NCBI GenBank assembly: GCA_964270895.1
Contig: OZ185437.1
Reading direction: 5' to 3' (one strand)
DNA: 64,000 nucleotides
Origin: Podarcis filfolensis
Lineage: Eukaryota
Shown piece by piece: positions 49,280 to 62,059 of this stretch. Position 1 is the stretch's first letter. Each line of letters opens with the position of its first letter. The notes beneath the pieces are model-generated. The model did no database searches. It worked only from the letters and a program-made list of their open reading frames with translations, and was not told where the DNA came from. The position numbers were made by a program, and so were the translations under genes.

Positions 49280-50395
49280 GTAATTCTAATTTATTCTTTA
49301 ATAAGAAATTATTTCATTGCTTTAAAATGTATGTGTGCATGTTATAAATTTTGTTTAATGACAGTGTGTCTGTGGCATCCCTTTGTCACAGCTATTATTA
49401 TTATTATTAATATTATTCTACCCATCTTTCACTCTAAGGTCCTAGGGTGGGTTAGAATAATTTAAAATGCAGCACAGCATTAAAAACAGTTTAGAACAAT
49501 TGGCAATCACAAAAATAGGGTGAGTCCTAAAATATGCATCTCAAAGGCCAGGTATGCCACATATGTAGGACTATATTTTATCAAACCAATTTAATTAATT
49601 CAGAGTAACTGCCACTACTGTTGCAACCCTTCACAGGAACATAGACACAAAAGGTTCCTTTGCCACCATTTAGCTATAATTTTAAAAATCTGTTATGTTT
49701 ATTGCATTAATGTACAGCAGAGTGATTATACCAACCGGCATGATAATTTACAGTGTGACCTCTATACTGGATTGGTAGGCATAGTTTTATTCCATGTGAT
49801 GTGGGACTTACTCATGGGGAGAGGGAGAGGGAGAGGGAGAGGGGGAGGGGCTGCTTTTGCACAACGATGCCAGGTATGTAAGACCTCTCCCACCATCCCC
49901 ATGCCCTGGAAGGAAAGGTAAGAATCTCAGATGTACACACCTGGGCTTTCCTATGAATCCAACAAGTCTACAGTTCTCAAGTCAGATAGAAGCTGGCGTG
50001 GAGGAAAACACATTAAACAGCAGCATTTCACAAGAAACTACAGAAAACCCTTGAATTGTGGCTAACGCCATGTGTACACAAATTCATAAACTAGCAGTAG
50101 GAGCACTGGAGTCAGAGTAAATGTTAATGTGTACATAGCTAGGACAAACATACAACTCTCCCAGAGTCCAGCTTTCTATCTACTGTGTTAAAGCAGCTTC
50201 TATTGGCATGAGATAAATTCTAGAAAATAATTTATAGGAGAAAATGTTGTTAACTAGCATGTATTTGGCGGCAGAGGGGGAAGTTTTCCAGAGTATATTT
50301 TGTCAGTGTGGTTTGAATGTAATTCAATTTCTACTTTGTGAATTTTTCACATTTTATGTTGTTACACTAACCTGTTCCATAATTTTTTACTCTAG

Positions 50396-50509
50396 CTGTG
50401 GAGAGAATTGGATGCCAGAATAACAGATACAGCAAATGAATCAAAAGATAATGTGAGGTATTTGTATACCCTTGAAAAAGTTTGCCAGCCACTTTATAAC
50501 TATGATTTA
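50396..50509 (+). CDS. DNAH8: DNAH8 coding exon 8 (114 nt)
   Basis: actctag| acceptor with upstream CACTAAC branch-like site, |GTAAGT donor; [38 protein letters not shown]. Confidence 0.96.
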
Positions 50510-53008
50510 GTAAGTACTGGTGTTTTTTTTAATTCATATGTTACATTTCTCATTAGACTTGCATGTAATGAATGACTTTAGAATGTATGTCAAGAAGCAG
50601 TACGTATAAAATTGAGCATATTTAAACACCACTCAGACCGTATTTTTTTAACCACAAAGTTACCTTTAGGGCTAGCTATCCAAACAAAATATAGCAACAC
50701 AACTTAGAAAGGCTTGGTAGTGGTGTAGAATGGAAAAGTTTGCAAAGGCTAAGCTGTAGGCAGCAGTCTGAGATGAACTGGGAGCTAGGTGGGGGTGGGG
50801 TGCATGTGTGTTGTCAGAGTCAAGGGATGAAGCCAGAAGAGGTATTGTCCAAAGAACAAGTCCTGACTGAAGGACAAACCAGGAGGTGGGACTAAAGAGG
50901 ACAGGAGAGGAAGTGAGGATTAAAGGACAAACCTGGAAGCAAAACCAAAGAACAGGCCACAAGGTCATTTCCCCCAGGCTCTGCTCACTTACACCAGGCA
51001 TCATATCTAACATCAGGTGTGGGGCAGGTAAAGCCAAAAGTGGGCTTTGCAGGCAGCACTGAAAAGCTGATGGGTGGTACCTGCAAACCTCTGCGCCTTT
51101 GTGTATGTGGTTTGGTTTCAAGTGACTCAAGCAAAGGAAGCTCTCTTCTGAAGTTGGGATTCACACACTGGTCAGCTGACTGGCAGCGCCTGCAAACCCC
51201 TAAGCTTTTGCCTGCACACTTTGATTCCAAGCTGGTAAGGAAAAGGCTTCACTTGACATCATTGTGGTATCAGGTGATTGACATGCAGGTGGTTCAGCCC
51301 ACCTGTCAAAAGTGGCCTGTGGAGGTTGGAGGAAGCTCCTGCCCACCAGTGGGATAAGCTTCCTCACATGTGCCAGAGAGCAAGCCAGAGGTCAGGATCA
51401 AAGAACAGCCAAAGGATACAGGAATGTATCAAAGTTGAATTGGAAGATGAAACCCTTTTTACACCTTCTGTCCAGCAGGATGCAGTGGGCAGCCTGGGTG
51501 GGCAGACTCAGTTCAAGTCCTGAGATTATTTCACTGCCTAGGTGGGTGCTACCACTGATAGTTCATTGTCTCACTGCAAGTGGCAGCTGCACACAGATAC
51601 CAAGGCTGTGTAAGTTCAACCTCTCCTGCGAGCTCTCCAAGATGAGAGGATACTGCATAATATAAACACGCTGCTTTCTATCATGCCTTTTCTTATTATC
51701 TACATGGTGCTTTCAGTCATGTTTTATGCAAAGGTGAGAAAATGGCCCACCACTATGGTATGACTGAAGGGCACTAGTGGACAACTGTAGCAAGAAACTC
51801 ATTCATTTAATGTCTTTTGGGAAATAATTTTAGTGGTAGGGGTTGAAACTGATTTCCCCAACTGAGGCTGAAATTACTGCTTTAAGAGGTGAAAGGTGAC
51901 AAATAAGTAGGTAAGTAAGTAAGTAGGTGTATTTTATTGAGCTTTAACGGCCATTCAGAGCTCTCCCCTTGCCTCCATTAATGATCATTATTACTATTCA
52001 AAAGTTGCTTTCCTACTTCACATTTTACCACATACCTGTCAGCCATGAAGTTTCTCTGATTACCAGCCCATACAACCCTGTGACTATACTTGAGCTGCCC
52101 CAATGGAACATGGTGATGAGTTTTTGGTTTTCTTCCGAATATAATCCTATGATTTCATATCTGAAGAGTCAGTGTCACATTTTGAGTGAGGGCAGTTCTG
52201 TTAACATTGAGAAATAGTTGCTTCCCTGAGTTGTTGAATACTATTTTGGGCTCCATTCAGATGTAACCCTACGTCATAAACCATGGTGAAGCAAATCGGT
52301 TTGTGCTGGTGCACACAGACTGAGTTCTCCTGCTTCGGTTCCTCTCGTCCTCCAGAAGGGAAACAAACCACAGAGTCAGCGATTGCCTTAGCATGCTGTC
52401 TGAACCACAAGTTTTATTTCATTCCAAACAAATCACAACCTGAACCTAGGGTTGTTCTTGGCTTCTTGGTTGTGATTTGTTTGGGAGAAATAATCCCACA
52501 AACACTAGAGGAAGGTAGGAGCAAAGCAGGGATGCACAAACTGCATGCACCAGCACATGACAAAAGCAGCTTGCTGGGTGGAGCAGAGCAACTACGCCAT
52601 CTTTCTGGCAAGCAGGTTGCTGTTGTTTACTAGGAGGGAGAGGAATAAAGCAGCAGGGAGGTCAGTGTGGTGCCTGTGTGCCACATTAGCTCTGCTGGTG
52701 CATCTGTGACTTAGCAGTGCATCTGAGCGCAACCTTTATGTAAATGGGGCAGTGGCCATTATCCTGAAACATGAAGGTCTGTGGGATGGAGCATCAGTGG
52801 TGATGGCAGTAGGGAGGAACCGATTCCAGCAGTACACATTGCACATGCAGAGGATACACACAGAGCACTCCGGTACTTCTCTGTTCAGTTATTTAGCCCG
52901 TTCACAAGAGAGACACCTGTTTCCTGCTTTTCAGCCCCGCAGCTGGTAGTTTAAAGCATCTTGTCTCACATCATGAATTTATCTAATTCTACAAAATGTT
53001 TGTTTTAG

Positions 53009-53116
53009 GTTTCCATGGCCCATGGAATACAGAACTTGATTAACGCTATCCGAATGATTCATAGTGTTTCAAGATACTATAACACTTCTGAGAGAATGAC
53101 GTCACTGTTTATAAAA
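53009..53116 (+). CDS. DNAH8: DNAH8 coding exon 9 (108 nt)
   Basis: gttttag| acceptor, |GTAGGT donor; VSMAHGIQNLINAIRMIHSVSRYYNTSERMTSLFIK. Confidence 0.96.
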
Positions 53117-54209
53117 GTAGGTGGGGATGTGTATGTAAATTTAAAGGAGCAGATTTTTCCCCAGAATGCAAAATGAGAGAATCAGGTGCTTTACGTAAAG
53201 TAATCCCACACACTCTAGCCAACAGAGCTAACTGCCAAACCCTCTTTGCCAGTTGTCCGCTTGCTTGCTCATTCTCCCTCCTCCTTGGTGCTGAACTTCC
53301 TTATATTGCATTATGGTTGTGGTAAGTCAGATTTTTCCATTTACAGCACGTGTTTCATGGAGGAGAGGGGGAGAGAGACAGAGAGTGGGTGTCTCAGGAA
53401 GCTGGCACAGAAGTCAGGGAAGAGAGGGGAATAGAGATGCATGGGAGAAAAGCTGCGGGTGGAAGAGAGTAAATGTGTCTCATATGTTGACGGGGGAAGT
53501 AGTTACACTTCATCCTTGTCCTTTCCCTCCATAACATGGGGTCTCTTCCATGGCTGCTCTTTCCACAGAAGATGGCTCATGCAATTTCCCTTCAGAATAA
53601 AAATTTGCTTGTGCCACACCTAATTTTTTAGTGATAAGAAATACCTTGGGAAACAAAAAGAAACAACTCCTAGCAGCGCTTGATTTATAACACAGAATGC
53701 AGCTACTTCATAATATGATTGTGGGGCATCCAGAAAGGATAAAACAATAGCATGTTTATTGTAATAATGTATTATTCTCAAAATAACAAGTATTATTCTC
53801 AGTATATAATGATAACCAAGCCTATTATATAAGTATGTACACAAATGCACTGAGAGGTGGGAGCTTGCTTTTCCCGGGAAAGCTCATTTATATTAGGTCC
53901 AATTTGAGGCAAACTCTCCTCTCCTCATCAACACAAAGCAGCCTTTCTCTTTTCTGATCTTTCATATTGAGTCAGAGTTGAAAATCCCTGTTCACAACAA
54001 TATGTCATGGAGAACTGTAGAGGATTAGCCAGCGTTCCATATTCTGTAAATAAAAAAATATTATTTTGATACTACATTGCACTGAAATGTTAAAATGTTT
54101 CTTTGATCGCCCTTGGATCTTCTCGTCACACTTGACACCCTTTCCTGCTACACCAGTATGGCACACTGCACCCCTTGAGAACCACTGTCATAGACAGATA
54201 GTATGTAGT

Positions 54210-54345
54210 CAGGACTTTTTTTCAGCCGGAACTCACCGGAATTCAGTTCCGGCCCCTCTCAGGTGGGCGCCATTGCCATGATAAGAGAACAAGGGAAGCA
54301 TTCATGTTAAGTTCCGGCACTTCTTCTTCTAGAAAAATAGCACTG
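54210..54345. mobile_element. hAT-like MITE
   Basis: Ends caggacttttttt / gaaaaatagcactg; internal inverted ccggaact / agttccgg; flanks tatgtagt / catacagt differ by three transitions. Confidence 0.55.
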
Positions 54346-54417
54346 CATACAGTATATATTTTTCCTTCTATTCTAACAATTCTGACATAATGTTTTCTCT
54401 GTCTTTTTGTATGATAG

Positions 54418-54519
54418 GTCACAAATCAAATGGTAACAGCATGTAAGGCATATATTACTGATGGAGGTTTTAATCGTGTATGGGAACAGGATACTCCTAT
54501 AGTAATTAAGAAAATTCAG
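54418..54519 (+). CDS. DNAH8: DNAH8 coding exon 10 (102 nt)
   Basis: atgatag| acceptor, |GTTTGT donor; VTNQMVTACKAYITDGGFNRVWEQDTPIVIKKIQ. Confidence 0.95.
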
Positions 54520-55310
54520 GTTTGTGTGGCAACAGTGCATGATTTCAGTAGGCTTTACAACTGCTCCCTGCAGATGTTTTTCTGAAAGTGTGTGTGTGTA
54601 CATATATTATAATGATTGTATTTTTGTTGTGCAGTAAGACTCTGGTTTTCATTCTCAATAAGCTACTATAGTGTATTCTCATTACATCTATTAGTCCAAT
54701 ATGTATAGTATAATAATTTACATGCTCCTTTTATATTTGAAAAATTCTGATTGTTCTATCTTAGCAGATTTTGCTTCCTAATTAGGTCTCGGGGGATTTG
54801 TCTCAGTATAGCACTCTGTGGTTTGGTCTTTACACTAGGAAATGAAAAGAAATTAATTTTGAATTGTTACAAAATAGGAAGCATTTTGTCATCATTTTCC
54901 CTTAATTAGCGAGAAACGTTCAGCAGTCAGGGCAGGAGAGGGAAGAACACTCATCATATAAGCTAAGAAAACTTTCTCCACAAAACTCCCATTGCTTGCC
55001 ACGTGAGCAAAAATAAATTTGGGTCTCTTCACATTTCAGTAGATGACAACCATTATAGCTATATGAAATATTAATTTTGCATATAAAAATGCAAAGACAA
55101 ATTCTAATTGGGTACTGCCACGTACACAGGAAAAACAACTGTAAATAGTAGGATTTTTTTCTTGCAATAATTGGAATATTGAATTGATTTATTGAATTTC
55201 TGTCCTGCCCACGCAGAGGGCTAAAGGGACAGCTTATAGCTGTAGGCAGCCTGCCTAATAAACCTTTCTTGCTTGCTTGCTGGTACTAATTGCTATCTAT
55301 TTGTTCTTAG

Positions 55311-55457
55311 GACTGTATTTTTCTGTTTAAAGAGTATCAGAAGAGTTTTCATAAAACAAGAAAACAAATTTTGGAGACTTCAGGGGAGAAGACATTCGAA
55401 GTCTCTGAGATGTATATTTTTGGCAAATTTGAAGCTTTCTGCAAAAGGCTAGAAAAG
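55311..55457 (+). CDS. DNAH8: DNAH8 coding exon 11 (147 nt)
   Basis: ttcttag| acceptor, |GTACGT donor; DCIFLFKEYQKSFHKTRKQILETSGEKTFEVSEMYIFGKFEAFCKRLEK. Confidence 0.96.
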
Positions 55458-55675
55458 GTACGTGTGCTTCAAAAACCTGTTTTAAGAATAAAACACCATG
55501 TATTTAAATGTAATAGATTTCAGCCTATTACATAAAGGATCACATTAACATAAGTCGAGGAGTTCATTAAGGTGTTGGTGGTTATCTTCTTTGAGGGTTG
55601 GGAACTACCTTCTGTTGTCACAATCTAGAGTTAAAACCAATGCTCCCAGTTCTTTCAGGTACATTTTGTCCAACT

Positions 55676-56040
55676 GTAAAGTAAAGGTAAAGGTACCCCT
55701 GCCCGTACGGGCCAATCTTGACAGACTCTAGGGTTGTGCGCTCATCTCACTCTAGAGGCCGGGAGCCAGCGCTGTCCGCAGACACTTCCGGGTCACGTGG
55801 CCAGTGTGACGAAGCTGCTCTGGCGAACCAGCACCAGAGCAGCACGCGGAAACGCCATTTACCTTCCCGCTATAAAGCGGTACCTGTTTATCTACTTGCA
55901 CTTAAGGGTGCTTTCAAACTGCTAGGTGGGCAGGAGCTGGGACCAAACGACGGGAGCTCACCATGCCGCGGGGATTCGAACCGCTGACCATGCGATCGTC
56001 AAGACCTAGGCGCTGAGGTTTTACCCACAGCGCCACCCGT
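55676..56040 (-). mobile_element. Sauria SINE, CpG-rich copy
   Basis: Minus strand: GGTGGCGCTGTGGG head, perfect B box GGTTCGAATCC, ACCTTT tail; no TSD found. Confidence 0.9.
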
Positions 56041-56428
56041 AGTTTGGGCCAAACACACACTGGGGTGGTAAAATGATATCAGAGTTGTAATACTTTAGAC
56101 TGCGGTTGTGGGTTGTGTGGAAATCCCTTCAAAGAGAAAACTTCATGTCAGTGAGAAGAGTTCTAACCTAGTATTTGTGACATGGTAATCCTACCAAGCC
56201 TTTGACTTATTATTCTACAGCCTTTTAAATATATTTGTGGGATGGAGGGGTATTACTTTGTTTTGTTTTTGTTTTCACTACTTATTTTGTGCTTCTATCC
56301 TGTATTTTTATCTTGTGAGCTGCCCTAGTATCTTTGGATGAAGGGCAGTACAAAAATTTAATAAATCATAAAAATAAAAATTACAGGAGTCCATTATCTT
56401 TATAGTGAAAACAACCCCCCTATTTTAG

Positions 56429-56626
56429 ATTACAGAGATGATAACCATAGTTCAAACCTTTTCTGCACTGAGTATGTCCACCATTGAAGGAATTGATATT
56501 ATGGCAATTAAGTTCAAAAACATCTACCAAAGCGTTCAAAAGAAAAAATACGATATTCTTGACCCACGGAAAACAGAGTTTGATGTGGATTTCGCCGATT
56601 TCATGACAAAAATTGAAAATTTAGAG
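56429..56626 (+). CDS. DNAH8: DNAH8 coding exon 12 (198 nt)
   Basis: attttag| acceptor, |GTAAGT donor; ITEMITIVQTFSALSMSTIEGIDIMAIKFKNIYQSVQKKKYDILDPRKTEFDVDFADFMTKIENLE. Confidence 0.96.
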
Positions 56627-57244
56627 GTAAGTAACATAACTACTGATTAAGTGAGAGAAATTGTTGGTGTTTTTGAGATTTAAGTCATAGTGAGAGAATT
56701 GAATCTGATAAATTAACTTAAGTCCATTTATTTCACCGGATCTACTTGGCATCTTATTGGAGTATGAGTAATGTTGGATATCACCCATACACTTTTCATA
56801 TTTAATTAAGATTCTGTCAGTTATATACATTTATAAATTCCAGTGTATCCTTACTTCCTAAATAGGAGTGGTCCTCTCAAAGAGCCAGCCATGCTTTTCT
56901 GGTTTGGGGGGCTTTCCCCCCTAAAGCATAATTTTTGCCTGCAAATATGGAGGGGTGCCCCTGACTGTAGCAACTGACTCCCTTCCTCCTCCCAAATCCC
57001 TGTTTGGGTGCCGTGTGTATTGGCGCAGAGGGCACCCACTTTATCCAGCTCTTCTGTTTTGTTTAATCTGTTCTGCACTGCTTTTGTTTGGAATTGTTTT
57101 ACTTGTTTAAGATTGTATGGTTATATTGCTGTAACCTGCCCTGAGACGTTATGGTGGGTGAGAAATCTTATGCATAAATAAAGGAAACAAATACTAATTA
57201 TTTTGCCTCTTGTTATCTTTGTAGAAAACCCACAGCTAATTATT

Positions 57245-57335
57245 TAGGCTGCAGTCCTAAACACATCTACTGTACTTAGGAGTAACTCCAGCTGTCTTCA
57301 GTGGGCTTACTCGCAGATAAGTGGGATTCCAGCCT
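57245..57335. repeat. Old palindromic dispersed repeat (ggctgcaatcct...aggattgcagcc type)
   Basis: aggctgcagtccta...ggattccagcct; degraded relatives at about 17955, 23100-23190, 32140-32220 and 33290-33370. Confidence 0.5.
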
Positions 57336-57372
57336 CAGTTGCTGCCATTAAATGTTTCATTTTTTTATTTAG

Positions 57373-57449
57373 GTCCAGATACAGACATTTATGGCTGGTT
57401 GTTTTGGACGAATCTTGTCTTCACAACATGCTCTCCAGCTCCTTCAAAG
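57373..57449 (+). CDS. DNAH8: DNAH8 coding exon 13 (77 nt)
   Basis: tatttag| acceptor, |GTATGG donor; VQIQTFMAGCFGRILSSQHALQLLQ(R). Confidence 0.94.
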
Positions 57450-58163
57450 GTATGGCAAACATGTTTAGGAAATACTTTAAATTAGAGGAACTAGCAGGCT
57501 TTTTCAAACACGCAGTGTAGTCCAGACTGCACAGTTGGGTGATAGTTAAGCATATGCAATTCTAGTAAGATCATGCTGTTTCCCTTGCACATCTTTCAAA
57601 CAATACATTCCCTCTTCTCTAAAATACAGTTGAGCTATAAAAGAAAAGGTGTCACGTGCCAGTTTATTTCTCATTTCCTTTGTAGCACAGTTACCACCAT
57701 CTGAAGCAAAGTAGATTATATTCTTGTGGCTTAAATTTACTAAGAAGGCTCCAGGACAATTATCACATAATAATTGGCTTACTGGAGAATAATGTCACTG
57801 CAGGGTGAAAATCTTTAACGTGAGGAAAGTGCTTCCACTGGACGGATAGCCATGTAGTGGAAGCTGCTTCACATTGCAGCTAAACTGGTGATAACAATGC
57901 GGTTTGCTGTGGTGACCAAGTAAAGCTCAAAAGGGAAGTGCACACCTCCAAATGCTTTGAGGGCACATGCTGGGCAGTCACAATTAGCTATGGCTCCCTG
58001 GCTTATCTTCATTTCAGATTTGGTGATGTGACTTTTCCCTTCACAGACGTGCAGCAAATGCCATTTTAACACTTTGGCCACAGCGCACAGAATTACTATG
58101 TATTATTAATCTTTGTTGGAAGCCGGCCAGAGTGGCTGGGGAAACCCAGCCATTATTAAATAA

Positions 58164-58211
<48 letters not shown>

Positions 58212-58543
58212 CAAGGAAGAAATGGTTCCCCTATGCTAATCATAGGTGACTAGATAGGTTGGAGAGGGCAGCACATTTTATGTAATAATAATAATAATAA
58301 TAATTCTTTCTTCCTCGTCTCTTTCTCACACAGCATAACTTCCATGATGCTGTAGACTTAAGTAGTTAGGCACCCTGGGAAATTTATATTCAAGTTCAGG
58401 ACACACATGCATCTAAATAATACACAGAAGTGGTTTTCTTCATTCATTGCAGCCACAACATACAGAACTATGGTGTTAACAGTAACCTAATAGTAGGTTG
58501 ACTAACCTTTCAGCGGAGACTGTTGACCGTTTAATCTCTTTAG

Positions 58544-58643
58544 GTTTCAGAAGCTGAATATGCCATGCCTTCAGCATGAAATCGCACACACAATCGGGCG
58601 TATTCTTCAGCATTACGTTGCAGAGCTTGAGGCAACTAAAAAG
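58544..58643 (+). CDS. DNAH8: DNAH8 coding exon 14 (100 nt)
   Basis: ctctttag| acceptor with GACTAAC branch site at 58500-58506, |GTACTT donor; FQKLNMPCLQHEIAHTIGRILQHYVAELEATKK. Confidence 0.94.
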
Positions 58644-58724
58644 GTACTTATGATGCAATCCTTAGCATGCCTAATCAAAAGCAAGACCCATTCAGGTCCT
58701 TGGGAAATGTTACAAGTGGCCAGC

Positions 58725-59090
58725 GGGATGCGACTGGTGCTGTGGTCTACACCACTGAGCCTCTTGCTGATCGAAAGGTCAGCAGTTTGAATCCCTGTGA
58801 CGGGGTGAGCTCCTGTTGCTCTGTCCCAGCTCCTGCCAACCTAGCAGTTTGAAAGCATGCCAGTGCAAGTAGATGAACAGGTACCACTGCGGTGGGTGGG
58901 AAGGTGCGCTCTGGCACTCATCATGGTGTCCCCTTGCGCCAGAAGCGGTTTAGTCATTCTGGCCACATGACCCGGAAAGCTGTCTGTGGACAAACACTGG
59001 CTCCCTTGGCTTGAAAGCAAGATGAGCACTGCAACCCCATAGTCGCCTTTGACTGGATTTAACAATCCAGGGGTCCTTTACCTTTACCTT
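58725..59090 (+). mobile_element. Sauria SINE (full length)
   Basis: tRNA-like head, ctttacctttacctt tail; perfect 15-bp TSD ttacaagtggccagc at 58710-58724 and 59091-59105. Confidence 0.93.
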
Positions 59091-60701
59091 TTACAAGTGG
59101 CCAGCAGAGCAGGGCAGCTGGCATGGTGCAGTGACAGTGGTAGGAGCATCAGACTGGCTCCATGGCTGCGCATGTACCATGCCACTGTGCACCTCCTTTT
59201 CACATTGGGAAGCCAGGTAAGCAAAGTTTCCCTGTCCTGCCAGTTGCTACCACTGTCAAGTAAATGTGTTTTGGATTGCAATCTTAGTGCATTTACCTGG
59301 AGTAGAGTACCTTGAGCCACCTTTACTTGTTAATTTAATCAGTTTTAGTTGTAGAGAATAATTTTATTTATAATGTTAATTTTAATTATATAATTTTAAT
59401 TATAATGTTAACAGCCGGAGTGTGACTTAGTATTCCCTGGGGTGTTGTTGTTGTTGTTTTGAGGGTGTCATGGTTCTGGTGTGGAATTGTAATAGGAAGA
59501 GGGCCTTTATGACAGTTAAAGTGGAGATACATTCAAAAAATTGCGTATAGATAAATGAGACAAAAATATTAATAGTAGTGGATGGATGGCATGGTGAGGC
59601 ATTTACTTGACCTCCTGGTAGGTGAGTGACTGCTGCTTACCAGGAGGGGGAGGGCAGCAAGGTGTAAACGTACCAGCAGGAGCAGCAGATTGGCTAAGCT
59701 GGTGCGTTTGCACCTCACTGACCTTGCTGGCTCCTTGCCCCACCATGCGGTGAGCTACTAACATTAAATATGGCCATCCCCTGTAACAATAAACAGTTCC
59801 TTTTATTAAAACTTAAACATAAGTTTAAAAGCTGATGATAAATCAGCTAAATTTTTTTAGCTGACCTACAGCCATAACAATGAAAGATCTAAAATACTTA
59901 ATACAACAGGAGAAGCAGAGAAACACTATCTGTATATCTATGTTTTTTGGTAGCATTACAGACTAATTTTTATATTATCTTTGGAAATGCTGGATTATAG
60001 ATTAATCAGCCTTAAATGGTTTCAGGATGGGGTACTGGAAGTTCTGCCTACAGGAACACAAACCTGCTCATGGTCTGCCATTGTAGTCAGATTGGCAAAA
60101 ACTAGAAACAATCCCTTTCTAGTGATGGCCATTGTTTATGGAACTTGCACTGAAAGGATGTGCAGCTGGCCACGTTAGTGCTAACTTTTAAAAGGGCATC
60201 AAAAATCTTTTTTTTTTTCAGATTTGGCTGAGCTCTTTTATTAAGAAAACTTTGACTTTTTTAGATTGTTGCTTTTAGATTTTTCAACTTTAGCAGTTGA
60301 CAATGTATTGAACTTTCTGTTCCAGCTAAAAGCTTTTTAAAATGACGTATTGCTAGTTTTCTTTTGCTGCTTTTAAAATCCGTTTTAGCAGTGAAAGTTT
60401 CAGTTGTATTTCATTGTATTTTGCAATTTGCTATATTATTTTTGTAAGCTGCCTTGATAGGATATTGTCAGTTCCAAATAGTTACAGAGGTATGTCTCAT
60501 AGCTAAAGCAAGGGATGGAGAACCTGTGGCCCTCCAGATGTTACTGGACTGCAATTCCTGCCATCCCTGACCATTGGCAATGTTTGCTGGGGTTAAAGGG
60601 GATTGGGATTCAACGGCACCTGGAGTGCTGCAGGTTTCCCAGCCCTGATATAAAGTATTAGCAGAAGGCATGTTTTAAATTTGACATTTGCTTTATTGCA
60701 G

Positions 60702-60821
60702 CTTTATCAGGCTCAAAAGGAGGATCCTCCCCTGGCTCGAAACATGCCCCCTGTAGCAGGAAAGATATTGTGGGTGAGGCAGCTGTTCAGGCGTATCAGT
60801 GAGCCAATCAACTATTTTTAT
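60702..60821 (+). CDS. DNAH8: DNAH8 coding exon 15 (120 nt)
   Basis: tattgcag| acceptor, |GTAAGT donor; [40 protein letters not shown]. Confidence 0.96.
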
Positions 60822-61258
60822 GTAAGTTTCCGATTATCACCCACCTGAAAGTGACATAATCTGTAAACCACAGCCAGCAGCTCAATTACATTGTCTCGCC
60901 TCTCTGTGGTCCACTGGCAAGAATACTGCTTGTTAATATCACCTTACTTCAGATCTTCCAGAAAGTGCTGCTGAGTGTGGAATGATGTAGAAGAGTCTGC
61001 AGGTGGAGCTGTTTTGCTGAGTTTGAAAGCAATATTGAAAGAAACATCCCAACTCACTAGTATCTAGTGCATATTTCCACAGTTGTTTGACTCTTGTTAG
61101 CCGTAGCCCTAAATGCCAGGTTGCTGTCACTTTAAAATTTCTCTGTGTGTCTAGAAAACCCAAAGAAGCTGTCGTTATTTTGCTGCAGAGATAAAGGTAT
61201 CAGGTATCTCAAGAGGATTTTTTTTTTAATTTTAAAAAACAACTGTATGACGTGACAT

Positions 61259-62059
61259 TGTGATTCGAGGACCCGATCCCCGCTTGGGGAATAAAGACAC
61301 GAGGACACAGTATATTAGGTTAATGGGCAAGAAAAGGCCACAACTTTATTGATTACAGCATGTGAGAAGGTATTGGCTTAGGTATTGGACCACGGAACAT
61401 TAGACTCCACCCACTCGTAGAGGGGTGAGTCTGAGGAGGGGTTAACCACCAGTAGGGGGAGCCTGTTGATGCAAATACAACTATAAGCTCTCCCCTGATG
61501 TCACTGAGGGTCGTGCCATGGCCCCCCGCCACGCAGGGCATCGGACAGGATCCACAACCGCCGGATTCCTTTAACGGAATACCCAAAAGTGAAGGGGTAG
61601 GCGATGGCCACACCTTGCCCTTCCATACACCAACAACACATTCCAGTGCCTAACCGCCAAATACCACGAAAGTTGTGACGATTGCTACGAGGTAGGCGGA
61701 AAAAACCAAGAGGCCGGTGCCAATTTACCAATTGGAAAAAACTCCTACCAGGCCCCCTGGGCAACCAGTGCGACCAACCAGAGGTCCATAGCAAGGTCAA
61801 GTGAGAAGCTATGTACTAAAGGGAGTGGTGGGTGGGTGACTCACGAAAATTGGCAGAGCAATGGCGGGGAGAGCTGGCACGGCCGCATTTGAGCGGCTAG
61901 ACCACGCCCCCACAGTGTCTCCCAATTGGGTGCCCAGCTGGGAGGCATGGCGCACCAGTGGTGATGGCAGGGCAGGGGGCAGAACGCCCCCTGCGTGATG
62001 TGGGAATCGGCTCCCGGTCAGAACCCCTCCCCTCCGGAAGGAGGAGAGGCTTTATAACA
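61259..62059 (-). mobile_element. Probable solo LTR (about 800 bp), antisense to DNAH8
   Basis: TG...CA termini; minus strand starts TGTTATAAAG; minus-strand AATAAA at 61345-61350 near the 3' end; CpG-rich with CCAAT and GC boxes. No TSD found; left boundary uncertain. Confidence 0.5.

Noticed and set aside
50660-51700. Purine-rich stretch with short direct repeats, possibly an old LTR
   Set aside because: I could not define termini, TSD or family.
56845-56853. GTATCCTT U12-type donor motif (also 4050, 28356, 31754)
   Set aside because: None lies at an exon boundary on the transcribed strand; all inferred introns are ordinary GT-AG.
58500-58543. Upstream CAG at 58511-58513 as a poison acceptor (would add AGC GGA GAC TGT TGA)
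   Set aside because: It lies only about 8 nt after the GACTAAC branch site, probably too close to be selected; the 58543 AG fits normal spacing.
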